Source: an uncultured Thermoplasmatales archaeon
Lineage (GTDB): Archaea; Thermoplasmatota; Thermoplasmata; Thermoplasmatales; GCA-001856825
Direction: 5' to 3'
NCBI GenBank assembly: GCA_964391105.1
Contig: CAYMKC010000001.1
Coordinates: 1 to 63,986, forward strand
DNA: 63,986 bases
Below, in pieces: positions 44,915-53,587 of this stretch (its first letter is position 1; every line of letters begins with the position of its first letter). Below the pieces are notes generated by a model, which saw only the letters and a program-made list of their open reading frames with translations, was not told where the DNA came from and ran no database searches. The position numbers and the translations under genes were made by a program.

Positions 44915-45587
44915 AGTGTTTTGTCCTAAGACCGCACCTTAGTCTGAGCCTAACAAGGAAGAGCAGATTACTAACTCCATCCTTCCACGGACGCAGTTTC
45001 TTCTCTCCCATTCTCCTCTCGTACCTTATCGAAACTTCCTTGTAACAATAATTTGTAGCAGCTCTCACCTTTATCTCTTCGGAGAATTCCATTCCAGTTC
45101 CCCTCGGCAGTATCGCCTCCATTATCTCCTTCCTGAAGAGCCACATTCCTGACTGGCTGTCCCCTATGTCTACCATATAGAGCACCCTTGTGAATATGTT
45201 CAGTATCCTGTTACCAATCAGGTGCTGAAGGCTCATCGCATCCCTCGATGACAGCGAGAGCCGCTCCCCGGATACAAAGTCGTACCCCAGCTTAAGGGAC
45301 GCCATCATCTTGGATATCTCACCTGGCGGATAGGTACCGTCAGCATCTAGTGTGGCTATGATATCTCCCTTCGCGACCGAAAAACCCTTCTTATAGGCGT
45401 ATCCATATCCCAGCCTATCCTCGTTCACAACCACAGCCCCCAATGACCTACTTATCTCTGCAGTCTTGTCATCGGAGTTGGAATCAACGACAATAATTTC
45501 CCCTTCCTTGTCCATTTCTCTTATCTTCCTGATGACACCGCCTATACTGCCCTCTTCGTTGAGGGCTGGGATGATGTACGATATCAA
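44877..45587 (-). CDS. Family 2 glycosyltransferase (dolichyl-phosphate sugar synthase-like)
   Basis: IIPALNEE, VVDSNSDDKT and LDADGTYP (the DxD region). Confidence 0.8.
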   Translation of the reverse strand: MISYIIPALNEEGSIGGVIRKIREMDKEGEIIVVDSNSDDKTAEISRSLGAVVVNEDRLGYGYAYKKGFSVAKGDIIATLDADGTYPPGEISKMMASLKLGYDFVSGERLSLSSRDAMSLQHLIGNRILNIFTRVLYMVDIGDSQSGMWLFRKEIMEAILPRGTGMEFSEEIKVRAATNYCYKEVSIRYERRMGEKKLRPWKDGVSNLLFLVRLRLRCGLRTKHFRCSRSSELSEK

Positions 45588-46333
45588 CTTGAGCCCCCAA
45601 ACAGGTATCCCAGCATCCCGAACGCAAGTCTGGAAGATTCGATGAACGGATGTTTTTTCAAATTTGATCTGTTGAACCTACTCTTCAATCCGTGCTTCTT
45701 CAATATCAGTTTCCTACCGATTCCATCGCTGTAGCTTTGCAAGAGCAAAGACCTGTAGGTCTGACGCGGATGATGCACGACTGTCACGTTTTCGTCGTAG
45801 AAAATCTCGTAACCTTGGTTTACAGCCCTTATGTTTAGATCAATGTCCTCTGCAGTGTTAAACTCCTCGTCGAACGTTCCGATCTCGTCTATCACACTTC
45901 GGCTGTACATCAGATTGTTGGACGGGAAGGTCACGTCCTTTCCCTTGTAGATCATAGGGACGCGGTCTAAATCTGACCACCTGGACCTAGATTCCTGTAT
46001 GACTTTCCCAGCTAAAATATCGTGATAAATGCTCTTCTTAAGTGAAGACAGCCAGTTAGTTGAGATCTCTGTGTCGGCATCAAGGAAAACGAGTTTCTTC
46101 CCCCTCGACAGTCTAATGCACTCGTTTCTTCCCACCGAACGATTCCCCTTCTTCTGTGCTAGTTTGATCCTTCCGTTTTGTTCCTCGGATCGAAGATACT
46201 CGTACGTTCCATCGATGGAAAAGGCGTCGACGACCACAATCTCGGAATCGTCGTCTAGAACACCGAGTGAGGAGATGAGTGATTTGACATTGTTTAGATC
46301 ATTCTTCACGGTCACGAGGACTGATATATCCAT
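45584..46333 (-). CDS. Family 2 glycosyltransferase
   Basis: VLVTVKND, VVVDAFSIDGT and FLDADT. 4-nt overlap with the downstream GT2 gene. Confidence 0.8.
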   Translation of the reverse strand: MDISVLVTVKNDLNNVKSLISSLGVLDDDSEIVVVDAFSIDGTYEYLRSEEQNGRIKLAQKKGNRSVGRNECIRLSRGKKLVFLDADTEISTNWLSSLKKSIYHDILAGKVIQESRSRWSDLDRVPMIYKGKDVTFPSNNLMYSRSVIDEIGTFDEEFNTAEDIDLNIRAVNQGYEIFYDENVTVVHHPRQTYRSLLLQSYSDGIGRKLILKKHGLKSRFNRSNLKKHPFIESSRLAFGMLGYLFGGSS

Positions 46334-46407
46334 TCAATCCTAAATATAATAACTAATAAAAGTTTGCTTTTTGTAGCAGCTTAATTACTATTGCACAATT
46401 AGGAACG

Positions 46408-47280
46408 GTGGGAAATATACTTGACGACGAATTTGTAATCCAGATGGATGAAGCTCCTCCTTTCAGTTGGATACGTCAGAGTCCCAATAGGTTCATGAAC
46501 TGCGAAAGTCGACATGAGATCGATAAACTCACAGTGCATGCTCGCGGGAATTCTCTTGCGATGGCAGAAATGGTAGGGGACTTGGTTGGCTCTGAAAAGG
46601 TCCGTGTTAGCGAGTCGTTTGAAGCATCGGCAGACTCTACCGACTGCATCATTAGTTACTCCGGGCAGCTGAAAGAAGCTATCAGTGCAGTCGAAACGTC
46701 GACCAAGCCCGGTATTGTATTGTCTTCTGGCGGGGTAATCAAGAACAGTGCTAGGAGCAAAGGGTGGAGTTACATCCCATTGCCTAAGGGCTATCCAACA
46801 CGCTTCCTCTTCCCCGAGGTGTTTGGTTGTCTCTTCTCACTTCTAGGCAGGAGGGTAGACGGTTCCAGATTTGAGAAAATACTCGAAGACAACGCGCCAT
46901 CCGAACTAACGGCTGAGAATGAAGCCAAAAGGATAGCAATAGAATTGAAGGGTAGACCTGTACTATTATTGAATGATGAAAGTTCGATAGGTCTGGCAAA
47001 TGAACTCGCTATCCATTTCGCCTCCAATTCTGGAGTTAAAGTGCAGATCGAGAGTACAAGAAGCACTCCGTATACCGAAAAGCTCCGAGGAGGTTCGTCT
47101 AGAATTTCGTTCAACAGCGATCATCAGGACGATGGGGAACTGAGAGTAGGGGGGTTCCCTTATAGTCTTTCCACACCGGAAGGATACATTAAGAACGTAC
47201 TCATCGGTGAACTCTCATCATTATATCTCGGCATACTGAACTCGCACGACATAGAACTTTTGGATCGGGACATAGAATAG
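46408..47280 (+). CDS. SIS-domain protein, phosphoglucose/phosphomannose isomerase-like with degenerate motifs
   Basis: The layout resembles archaeal PGI/PMI: ...ISYSGQLKEA..., LSSGGVI and IPLPKGYPTRF. The usual GGS motif is replaced by ARGNS. GTG start. Confidence 0.5.
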   Translation: MGNILDDEFVIQMDEAPPFSWIRQSPNRFMNCESRHEIDKLTVHARGNSLAMAEMVGDLVGSEKVRVSESFEASADSTDCIISYSGQLKEAISAVETSTKPGIVLSSGGVIKNSARSKGWSYIPLPKGYPTRFLFPEVFGCLFSLLGRRVDGSRFEKILEDNAPSELTAENEAKRIAIELKGRPVLLLNDESSIGLANELAIHFASNSGVKVQIESTRSTPYTEKLRGGSSRISFNSDHQDDGELRVGGFPYSLSTPEGYIKNVLIGELSSLYLGILNSHDIELLDRDIE

Positions 47281-47347
47281 TGAATATTTTTTACAGTACT
47301 TCTTAAAGATTTAAGTTTTATATTAGGGCAAGATATACAGAGTAGTT

Positions 47348-47710
47348 ATGTCAACTGTCACGGTTGATGAAATTCTGGAAGAATATTCCAAAAGACCGTA
47401 CGTCGAAAGCACGGTACTTTTATCAACGGTCGGTGTCCCAATCGCAAGCAACGAACCAAAACTGACTGAACTTGATGTATATGCACCTCTAGTCAGTATA
47501 ACTTACGAAGGTGCTCACGAACTAGCCAACAACACGGGTCAAAGTTTCAAGCAACTCAACGTCGAACTGAGCAATGGTAGCAGGATAATCGTCAAGCCCT
47601 TAAGGGAAAAGTTCCTGCTGGCAGTGACCGTTGATAGGTACGACGACTCAGTAAGGGATGAGATCGAACACCTTGGTGAGAAGGTATCTGAACAAATAAG
47701 CAACCAGTGA
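47348..47710 (+). CDS. Roadblock/LC7 (MglB-like) domain protein
   Basis: 120 aa with the Roadblock pattern (...VESTVLLSTVGVPIAS...). Confidence 0.7.
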   Translation: MSTVTVDEILEEYSKRPYVESTVLLSTVGVPIASNEPKLTELDVYAPLVSITYEGAHELANNTGQSFKQLNVELSNGSRIIVKPLREKFLLAVTVDRYDDSVRDEIEHLGEKVSEQISNQ

Positions 47711-47744
47711 AGTTAGAGCATACCTTTGAAAGAGCAATATTCAA

Positions 47745-47778
47745 ATATCTATTATAGATATCTAAAACAGATATCTAG
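47745..47778. promoter_or_regulatory. Palindromic candidate operator upstream of the PadR gene
   Basis: ATATCTA-tta-TAGATAT inverted repeat. The 8-bp palindrome AGATATCT also occurs twice, starting at 47756 and 47769. The element lies 21-54 nt upstream of the PadR ATG. Confidence 0.4.
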
Positions 47779-47798
47779 TAAAGGTATGGTGATATGAG

Positions 47799-48284
47799 AT
47801 GAGAAATTACGAAGACGAACACGATTGGTCTCACGGGCGCAGGGGCTTTATGGGACATGATATTGGTGGGTTCAGAGGATTCGGCTTGAAGTACTGGGTG
47901 TTGAGCATTGTTTCCGGTGAAAGGTCAACCGGATCTATGATAATGGATAAGATTGAGAGAATGTCAATGGGTCACTGGAGGCCGTCTCCTGGGCATATTT
48001 ATCCTCTCCTCGAGAGACTTGCTACCGAAGGTTATCTGAGTGTGGAGAGCAAGGAAGGGAAAAAGTACTACTCGGTCACAGACAAGGGTAAAGAAGTTCT
48101 TGAGGGGAGCTGGTTTCCATGGAGAACTATGGGTGGCCTCACTGGATTTAGTGGAATCGATGACGCACTGAGGAACGTGGAGATACTTACGGACTACATA
48201 ATGGACAATAGAGAGAAACTCGATGGCAACGAGGATTACAGGACTAGAATCAAGAATATTGTAGATCGACTAGGCTCACTATAG
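47799..48284 (+). CDS. PadR-family transcriptional regulator
   Basis: wHTH recognition region GHIYPLLERLATEGYLSVESKEGKKYYSVTDKGKEVL. Confidence 0.8.
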   Translation: MRNYEDEHDWSHGRRGFMGHDIGGFRGFGLKYWVLSIVSGERSTGSMIMDKIERMSMGHWRPSPGHIYPLLERLATEGYLSVESKEGKKYYSVTDKGKEVLEGSWFPWRTMGGLTGFSGIDDALRNVEILTDYIMDNREKLDGNEDYRTRIKNIVDRLGSL

Positions 48285-48451
48285 TCTTTTTTCACCATTT
48301 CCATTTTTAATACCGAAGCCCTTGATCGTAAACGTTCCTGTAACGGCAGCATTCATTCTCCAGACCTCTTTGGAGGAGTCTATCGTGAAGTTAATGCATC
48401 TCTGCTATAGTTCAGCAAATACCTTTGGACAGCCAGGCTCTCTTATAACTA

Positions 48452-49081
48452 TTAAATCCTCTTGAATCCTCTTGCTGTATAGTCTTTCCCTAACTTCAAG
48501 TAGAGTTTTACTTGGCCCATGGCGGTTAGGTCATAACCCCCGGTTCTGGTGTTTCCTGAAATTATTGCCTTTCTTATGGACTCTTCGTCGGTTGCCTCCA
48601 CTTCCAAGTAAACTCTTCCAACTTCGTCATAGAAATGGGAGTCACTTCCTGCGGTAATGGGTCTTTTCAAGTCTGTAGCCAACATCTGTCCCCTAATGTT
48701 GCACTCCTCCCTGCATCTACCGTTCTTGCCTTCTATCGCGTCGTAAACGTTCTTGAACTTGGATCCGATGCCATTCACGCTTCTGAACGGGTGCGCACAG
48801 ATTGCAATCCCGTTCTTGTTGTGAATTGCTTCGACAGTCTCCTCCTGGCTCAGACCGGACGGTATTTCTCCGTTGATGAAGACTGCAAGAACGTGACCGT
48901 CAACCGTCGATACTTCCTCCCCGTTGATGACCAAGAAATCAAGCTCATGTTGCACGAATCTGTTGTGATCGGAGATCGCAATGAAGTCCAATCCCTTGGC
49001 TTTTGCCATCCTCACTATCTGTTCAGGCTCCGACCTCGAATCGGGTGAATACCTAGAGTGGATGTGCAAATCTCCCTTCAT
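48452..49081 (-). CDS. PHP-domain metal-dependent phosphoesterase
   Basis: GDLHIHSRYSPDS, ISDHN, AHP and GSDSH motifs. Confidence 0.8.
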   Translation of the reverse strand: MKGDLHIHSRYSPDSRSEPEQIVRMAKAKGLDFIAISDHNRFVQHELDFLVINGEEVSTVDGHVLAVFINGEIPSGLSQEETVEAIHNKNGIAICAHPFRSVNGIGSKFKNVYDAIEGKNGRCREECNIRGQMLATDLKRPITAGSDSHFYDEVGRVYLEVEATDEESIRKAIISGNTRTGGYDLTAMGQVKLYLKLGKDYTARGFKRI

Positions 49082-51180
49082 TTTATCCTCAGACCCTCAC
49101 TCGGTGCCCCATCCAGGATTAGTCTTCCCTTCTCGATTTCAAGGAAAATAGGGCTGTTATCCAGAAATATCGCAGGAACAGTGTCGGAGTCTCTTTTTAC
49201 GGTCTTGATCGAGAATTTCCTGAACTCTTCGATCGAGATTTCCGACGAATCGATACTATATTCCTTGATTCCTATCACTTCCCCTGGGGTCGCTGTTTCC
49301 GGTGCAAAGACTAGATGAATTCCCTTTTCGTCCTCTGCTGCAAGCAACATGCCATTCGATCTCTCCCCTCGTATTTCTGCGGGTTTCAGATTCGATACAA
49401 TAACAATCCTTTTTCCTATCAGTGAGTCCTTGGTGTAACTGTTCTTGATCCCGCTCACGATCCTTCTCTTACTGTCTCCGAGATCAAGGTCTAGAAGGTA
49501 CAACCTCTCGGCATTTGGATGATCTTGAACGTCTTCGATTAAAGCTACACGAAGCTCTACATTCAATGTCTTATTTACAATCTTCTCGAACAATTTTTCC
49601 GGTTTCTTTGCAATCCTTGCGACTGGATATTTTAGGTCCTCCTTCAGTTCGATGGGTCCATCATACCCCAGCCAGGAAAGTATCCTCTTCGATGTCTCTG
49701 GAAGAAAAATCTGTCCGCTTACTGCAAGCGCAAATACCAGTTTTGCTCCGGTGTAAATCGCGGCATTGCAGTTTGCATCTTCTTTCTTGCAAGCTTCCCA
49801 TGTCTTCCTGTTAGTAATGTAACTGTTGCCATAGTGTGCAAGGTCCAGCCACTTCCTGAAGGCGTTCCTGATGTGAATCCCTTTCATCTCTTCAATTATC
49901 GAAGAGATAGAATCACGGATGATCCTCTCTGCCTCCTGGTCAAGATCGTTTTGAGCAATTTGGTCGGCGTGCACAATGCCCTTCTTAGATGCAAGAGTGA
50001 GGGCCCTGTTGACAAAGTTCCCAAACTTATCGATCAGTTCAGTGTTGACCCTGTTTTCAAATTCATCGATGGAAAAATCCGAATCGTGTTCCTCCGGAAG
50101 GTTGTACAGGACTCCGAACCTTATGAATTCTGGGTTGTATCGCTCGAGCAGTTGTGGCATGGAAAACCCAGTTCCCTTGCTCTTAGAGAATTTTGCCCCC
50201 TGATAATTCAGAAATTCGTTGGCGACCACCTCTTGAGGTAACGCCATATCTCCATGTGCTATTAGCATTCCTGGCCATATTATTGAATGAAATGCGATAT
50301 TATCCTTACCGATGAAGTGGTAATACTTCAGGTCCTTGTTGTTCCACGATGAAAACGCGGCTTCTTCGCTACCTAGAACAGATGCAATTCCAGTAATGTA
50401 ACCAATGAGCGCCTCAAACCACACATATATCCTCTTGTCCTCATAACCATCAAACGGCACCTCCACCCCCCATTTTAGGTCCCTGGTAAGTGGTCTGTCC
50501 TTCAGTCCCTTCGAAATGAAATTTCTCGAAAACCTAAGAACGTTCTGTCTCCATCCCTCTCTCGATTCTATGTACTTGAGAAGCTCTTCCTGAACTGACG
50601 ATAGCCTGAAGAATAGGTGCTTAGTCTTTTTGAATTCTGGCGTGGTCTTGTCGAATATGCACAACGGATCTATTAGTTCATTGGGTTCGAGCGTTTGTCC
50701 GCAGTTCTCGCACTGATCTCCGGTTGCTTCTTCATATCCGCAATTGGGGCATTTACCCATGACGTACCTGTCGGCAAGGAAAATGTTCTCCTGCAGGCAG
50801 AACGGTTGTGTCATCTCTGACTCGTAAATGTAACCCTTATCCATCAACCGTTTCAGGAATCTTGAGGTAATCTCCTTGTGAAGCTTGGATGAAGTCTCTA
50901 TGTAGGCGTCAAACTCGATACCCATTTTTCTAAAGATTTCTACGTCTATCTTGTGGTACTTCTCCGCAATTTCATTTGGAGGTATCCCCGTTCTGATAGA
51001 TTGGATCGTGATTGGTGTGCCGTGCTCATCGCTGCCAGAAGATGCGATGACCTCAAAACCTCTCAGCTTCATGAATCGCCTAAAGACGTCATACGGGAGA
51101 TAAGCGCCCGCTATGTGCCCTAGGTGTAATGGGTTGTTGGCATAGGGGAGTGCAGCGAAAATGTATACTCTCTCTTTCAC
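49078..51180 (-). CDS. metG: Methionyl-tRNA synthetase with C-terminal tRNA-binding (Trbp111-like) domain
   Basis: HIGH-type motif PYANNPLHLGHIAG, zinc knuckles CPNCGY...CENCG, and the KMSKS-type motif KFSKSKG. Confidence 0.95.
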   Translation of the reverse strand: MKERVYIFAALPYANNPLHLGHIAGAYLPYDVFRRFMKLRGFEVIASSGSDEHGTPITIQSIRTGIPPNEIAEKYHKIDVEIFRKMGIEFDAYIETSSKLHKEITSRFLKRLMDKGYIYESEMTQPFCLQENIFLADRYVMGKCPNCGYEEATGDQCENCGQTLEPNELIDPLCIFDKTTPEFKKTKHLFFRLSSVQEELLKYIESREGWRQNVLRFSRNFISKGLKDRPLTRDLKWGVEVPFDGYEDKRIYVWFEALIGYITGIASVLGSEEAAFSSWNNKDLKYYHFIGKDNIAFHSIIWPGMLIAHGDMALPQEVVANEFLNYQGAKFSKSKGTGFSMPQLLERYNPEFIRFGVLYNLPEEHDSDFSIDEFENRVNTELIDKFGNFVNRALTLASKKGIVHADQIAQNDLDQEAERIIRDSISSIIEEMKGIHIRNAFRKWLDLAHYGNSYITNRKTWEACKKEDANCNAAIYTGAKLVFALAVSGQIFLPETSKRILSWLGYDGPIELKEDLKYPVARIAKKPEKLFEKIVNKTLNVELRVALIEDVQDHPNAERLYLLDLDLGDSKRRIVSGIKNSYTKDSLIGKRIVIVSNLKPAEIRGERSNGMLLAAEDEKGIHLVFAPETATPGEVIGIKEYSIDSSEISIEEFRKFSIKTVKRDSDTVPAIFLDNSPIFLEIEKGRLILDGAPSEGLRIK

Positions 51181-51297
51181 TGCTGATGATAAATAGATGG
51201 TATATTGATTTTATCGGATTCCCACCGCGTGCAAACAACAGCGCCATCTTACTAAAGGGACAATTGAGAATTATGGTGGAAAAATAAAAATAAAAAA

Positions 51298-51678
51298 TTA
51301 GTGGGTCTTCAGACCCAGCTTGCTTACGTTTCTATGGTAGCCACTCGCATATGCTGCGTACAAGTAACTTATTGCCGCTATCACGCCGGTCGTTACTGCA
51401 AGATACAGGAACATGTTGTGTCCGCCGGCAAGTACTACAACAGTGTAGACCATTGCCAATCCAGCACCAAGATAGACGAAGGGGATTGCCCTTACCATCT
51501 TGTTTGCCGAGTTGGATAGCAGTAGATACGAAGCCAGCGAGTACGCCAGTAGAGCGAAGGACGTGTAGAGCACTGCCTGCAGTATTCCATGCGCTGTCTG
51601 AGAGATATAGACCACCAGTAGTAACGAAGCAAGTAATCCAAACAGACCGGAAGCCAGTCTGAACACTTTATTCTCCAT
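51298..51678 (-). CDS. Small 4-TM membrane protein, immediately downstream of ftsZ
   Basis: 126 aa with four hydrophobic helices. Its start lies 2 nt after the ftsZ stop. Confidence 0.6.
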   Translation of the reverse strand: MENKVFRLASGLFGLLASLLLVVYISQTAHGILQAVLYTSFALLAYSLASYLLLSNSANKMVRAIPFVYLGAGLAMVYTVVVLAGGHNMFLYLAVTTGVIAAISYLYAAYASGYHRNVSKLGLKTH

Positions 51679-51680
51679 TT

Positions 51681-52772
51681 CTACATCACCGAGTCAATTT
51701 CTGCGTCTAACCCCTTAGCACCCTTTATCGAAACTCCCTTTGAGGAGTTGAGGAAGTAAGGAGAGTTAACACCCGTAAGAACTACGAGCACTTTGAATTC
51801 TCCAACCAGAGTTGGATCTACCGATGCACCCCAGACTATTCTTGCCATGGGGTTCACCTTTTCTTGTACCATTCTAACAGCAGTCTCAGCCTGAGATACT
51901 GTCATGTCCTCTCCACCAACTATTCTGACCAGTGCACCCTTTGTGGTAGAGATGTCTGCCTCTATAAGCGGAGACGTAATCGCCTCAGTAACAGCCTCTT
52001 CTACTGACGCCTTTCCTCCCGTACTCTCACCAATTCCAATCATTGCGACACCTCCCTCTTTCATTACCGTCTGAATGTCCGAATAGTCTAGATTGACGAG
52101 TCCCGGTCTAGTTATGATTTCGGTAAGTCCTTTCAGGGACTCCATAAGAATTTCATCCGCAACCTTGAATGCCTGGTCCAGAGGCAGCCTTGGTACAAGC
52201 TCCAAGAGCTTGTCGTTTGGTATCACAATCGTAGTATCTGAATTTTTTCTGAGTCTGTCTATTCCGTAGACGGCGTTGTCCATTCTGACTCTCCCCTCTG
52301 CGGAGAATGGAAGCGTTACTATGCTGATCACGAGTGATTTCTGACGTTTTGCTACTTCGGCAACCACCGGTGCCACTCCCGTTCCTGTTCCTCCACCCAT
52401 ACCGGAAGTTATGAAGACTATCTCCGAGTTTCCTAGAGTTGATTGTATATCGTCTAGGTCTTCACGCGCGGCCTCTTCTCCTACCTGTGGAATGGCTCCC
52501 GCTCCGAGCCCCCTGGTTGTTCGTTTACCGACCAGTATCTTTCTGTTGGCCTGTACTGTTAGGAGGTGTGGGGCATCGGTATTCATTGCAATGAGTTCAG
52601 CACCGAATATGCCAGATTTGGCACAGCGGTTGATTGTGTTAGTTCCCGCTCCACCGCATCCAACAATTCGGATATTCACTTTCATGGACTCTACTAGCTT
52701 GGCTAGTTCTTCGTCATCCGGAGAAATATAATTCCTCTGGCCTTGAACTGGATAATTGTCTGGCATAATCAT
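51681..52772 (-). CDS. ftsZ: Cell division protein FtsZ
   Basis: GCGGAGTNT, tubulin signature GMGGGTGTG, and NDKL. The C-terminal domain is present. Confidence 0.95.
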   Translation of the reverse strand: MIMPDNYPVQGQRNYISPDDEELAKLVESMKVNIRIVGCGGAGTNTINRCAKSGIFGAELIAMNTDAPHLLTVQANRKILVGKRTTRGLGAGAIPQVGEEAAREDLDDIQSTLGNSEIVFITSGMGGGTGTGVAPVVAEVAKRQKSLVISIVTLPFSAEGRVRMDNAVYGIDRLRKNSDTTIVIPNDKLLELVPRLPLDQAFKVADEILMESLKGLTEIITRPGLVNLDYSDIQTVMKEGGVAMIGIGESTGGKASVEEAVTEAITSPLIEADISTTKGALVRIVGGEDMTVSQAETAVRMVQEKVNPMARIVWGASVDPTLVGEFKVLVVLTGVNSPYFLNSSKGVSIKGAKGLDAEIDSVM

Positions 52773-52819
52773 ACGTATGTCTGACGGCGTATTTATATTT
52801 TTCTCAATTATCCTTGAAT

Positions 52820-53587
52820 TTAACGCTTTTCTAGGTCGTCTGACCCATAGAATAATTTTTGAAGATGGGAGTAAATGTCTTCCAGTCCGTCCTCTGACTC
52901 CGAAGATGAAAAGACGCTCTCTCCTAGAATGTTCAGGCTATGGCTTCCTCCAAGTATAGCCTCGGAGAGCTGCACATTCAGTGTCGCTGACTCGGCTCTT
53001 AGGTCTCCAAGAAGCTCGTCCTTGTTCTTGTCCCATTTCTTGATTCTCTCCACTTCCTTTGGTTCAAGAAGATCTGACTTTGAAACGACGCTTAGGAAGG
53101 GTATGTAGAACCTAGTCATCACGCTCATAGCAAGGAACCTCGAGGAAACGTAGGACTCTGGATTCTTCATTAGGACAGAATCGAACAGGTAGATGAGGGC
53201 ATTGGCATCTTCCCCTAGGGAAGTGATCAGCTGTGAAGAGGAACCCCTGAAGGCGAAGAGTTCTAGTTGACCAGGGGTATCTATCAGAGTGTAGTCAGAA
53301 TCGTATGAATCTATGAGCTCTCGTATCCTATCCCCTTCCTGAACCATCAAGTCTGCAGCCACTATCTGTGCCCCATTCGGGCCCAAATTGTAATTCTGCA
53401 TGACGCTCTCCAGCGACACGTTCTCGCGTATGTCGATGTCTGGCGTGTACGGCAGGAATTCGGCACCTGGATCAAGGTTGACTGTTATTGCATCGTAACT
53501 CATGTTCTCCATCCATTCTTTGAATGATTTTACAAGGGTCGACTTTCCCGACCCAGCAGTCCCTACAAAGTATACCCTAGGTATCAT
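52820..53587 (-). CDS. GPN-loop GTPase
   Basis: P-loop GTAGSGKST, NLDPGAE, the GPNG loop and DTPGQLE. Confidence 0.85.
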   Translation of the reverse strand: MIPRVYFVGTAGSGKSTLVKSFKEWMENMSYDAITVNLDPGAEFLPYTPDIDIRENVSLESVMQNYNLGPNGAQIVAADLMVQEGDRIRELIDSYDSDYTLIDTPGQLELFAFRGSSSQLITSLGEDANALIYLFDSVLMKNPESYVSSRFLAMSVMTRFYIPFLSVVSKSDLLEPKEVERIKKWDKNKDELLGDLRAESATLNVQLSEAILGGSHSLNILGESVFSSSESEDGLEDIYSHLQKLFYGSDDLEKR

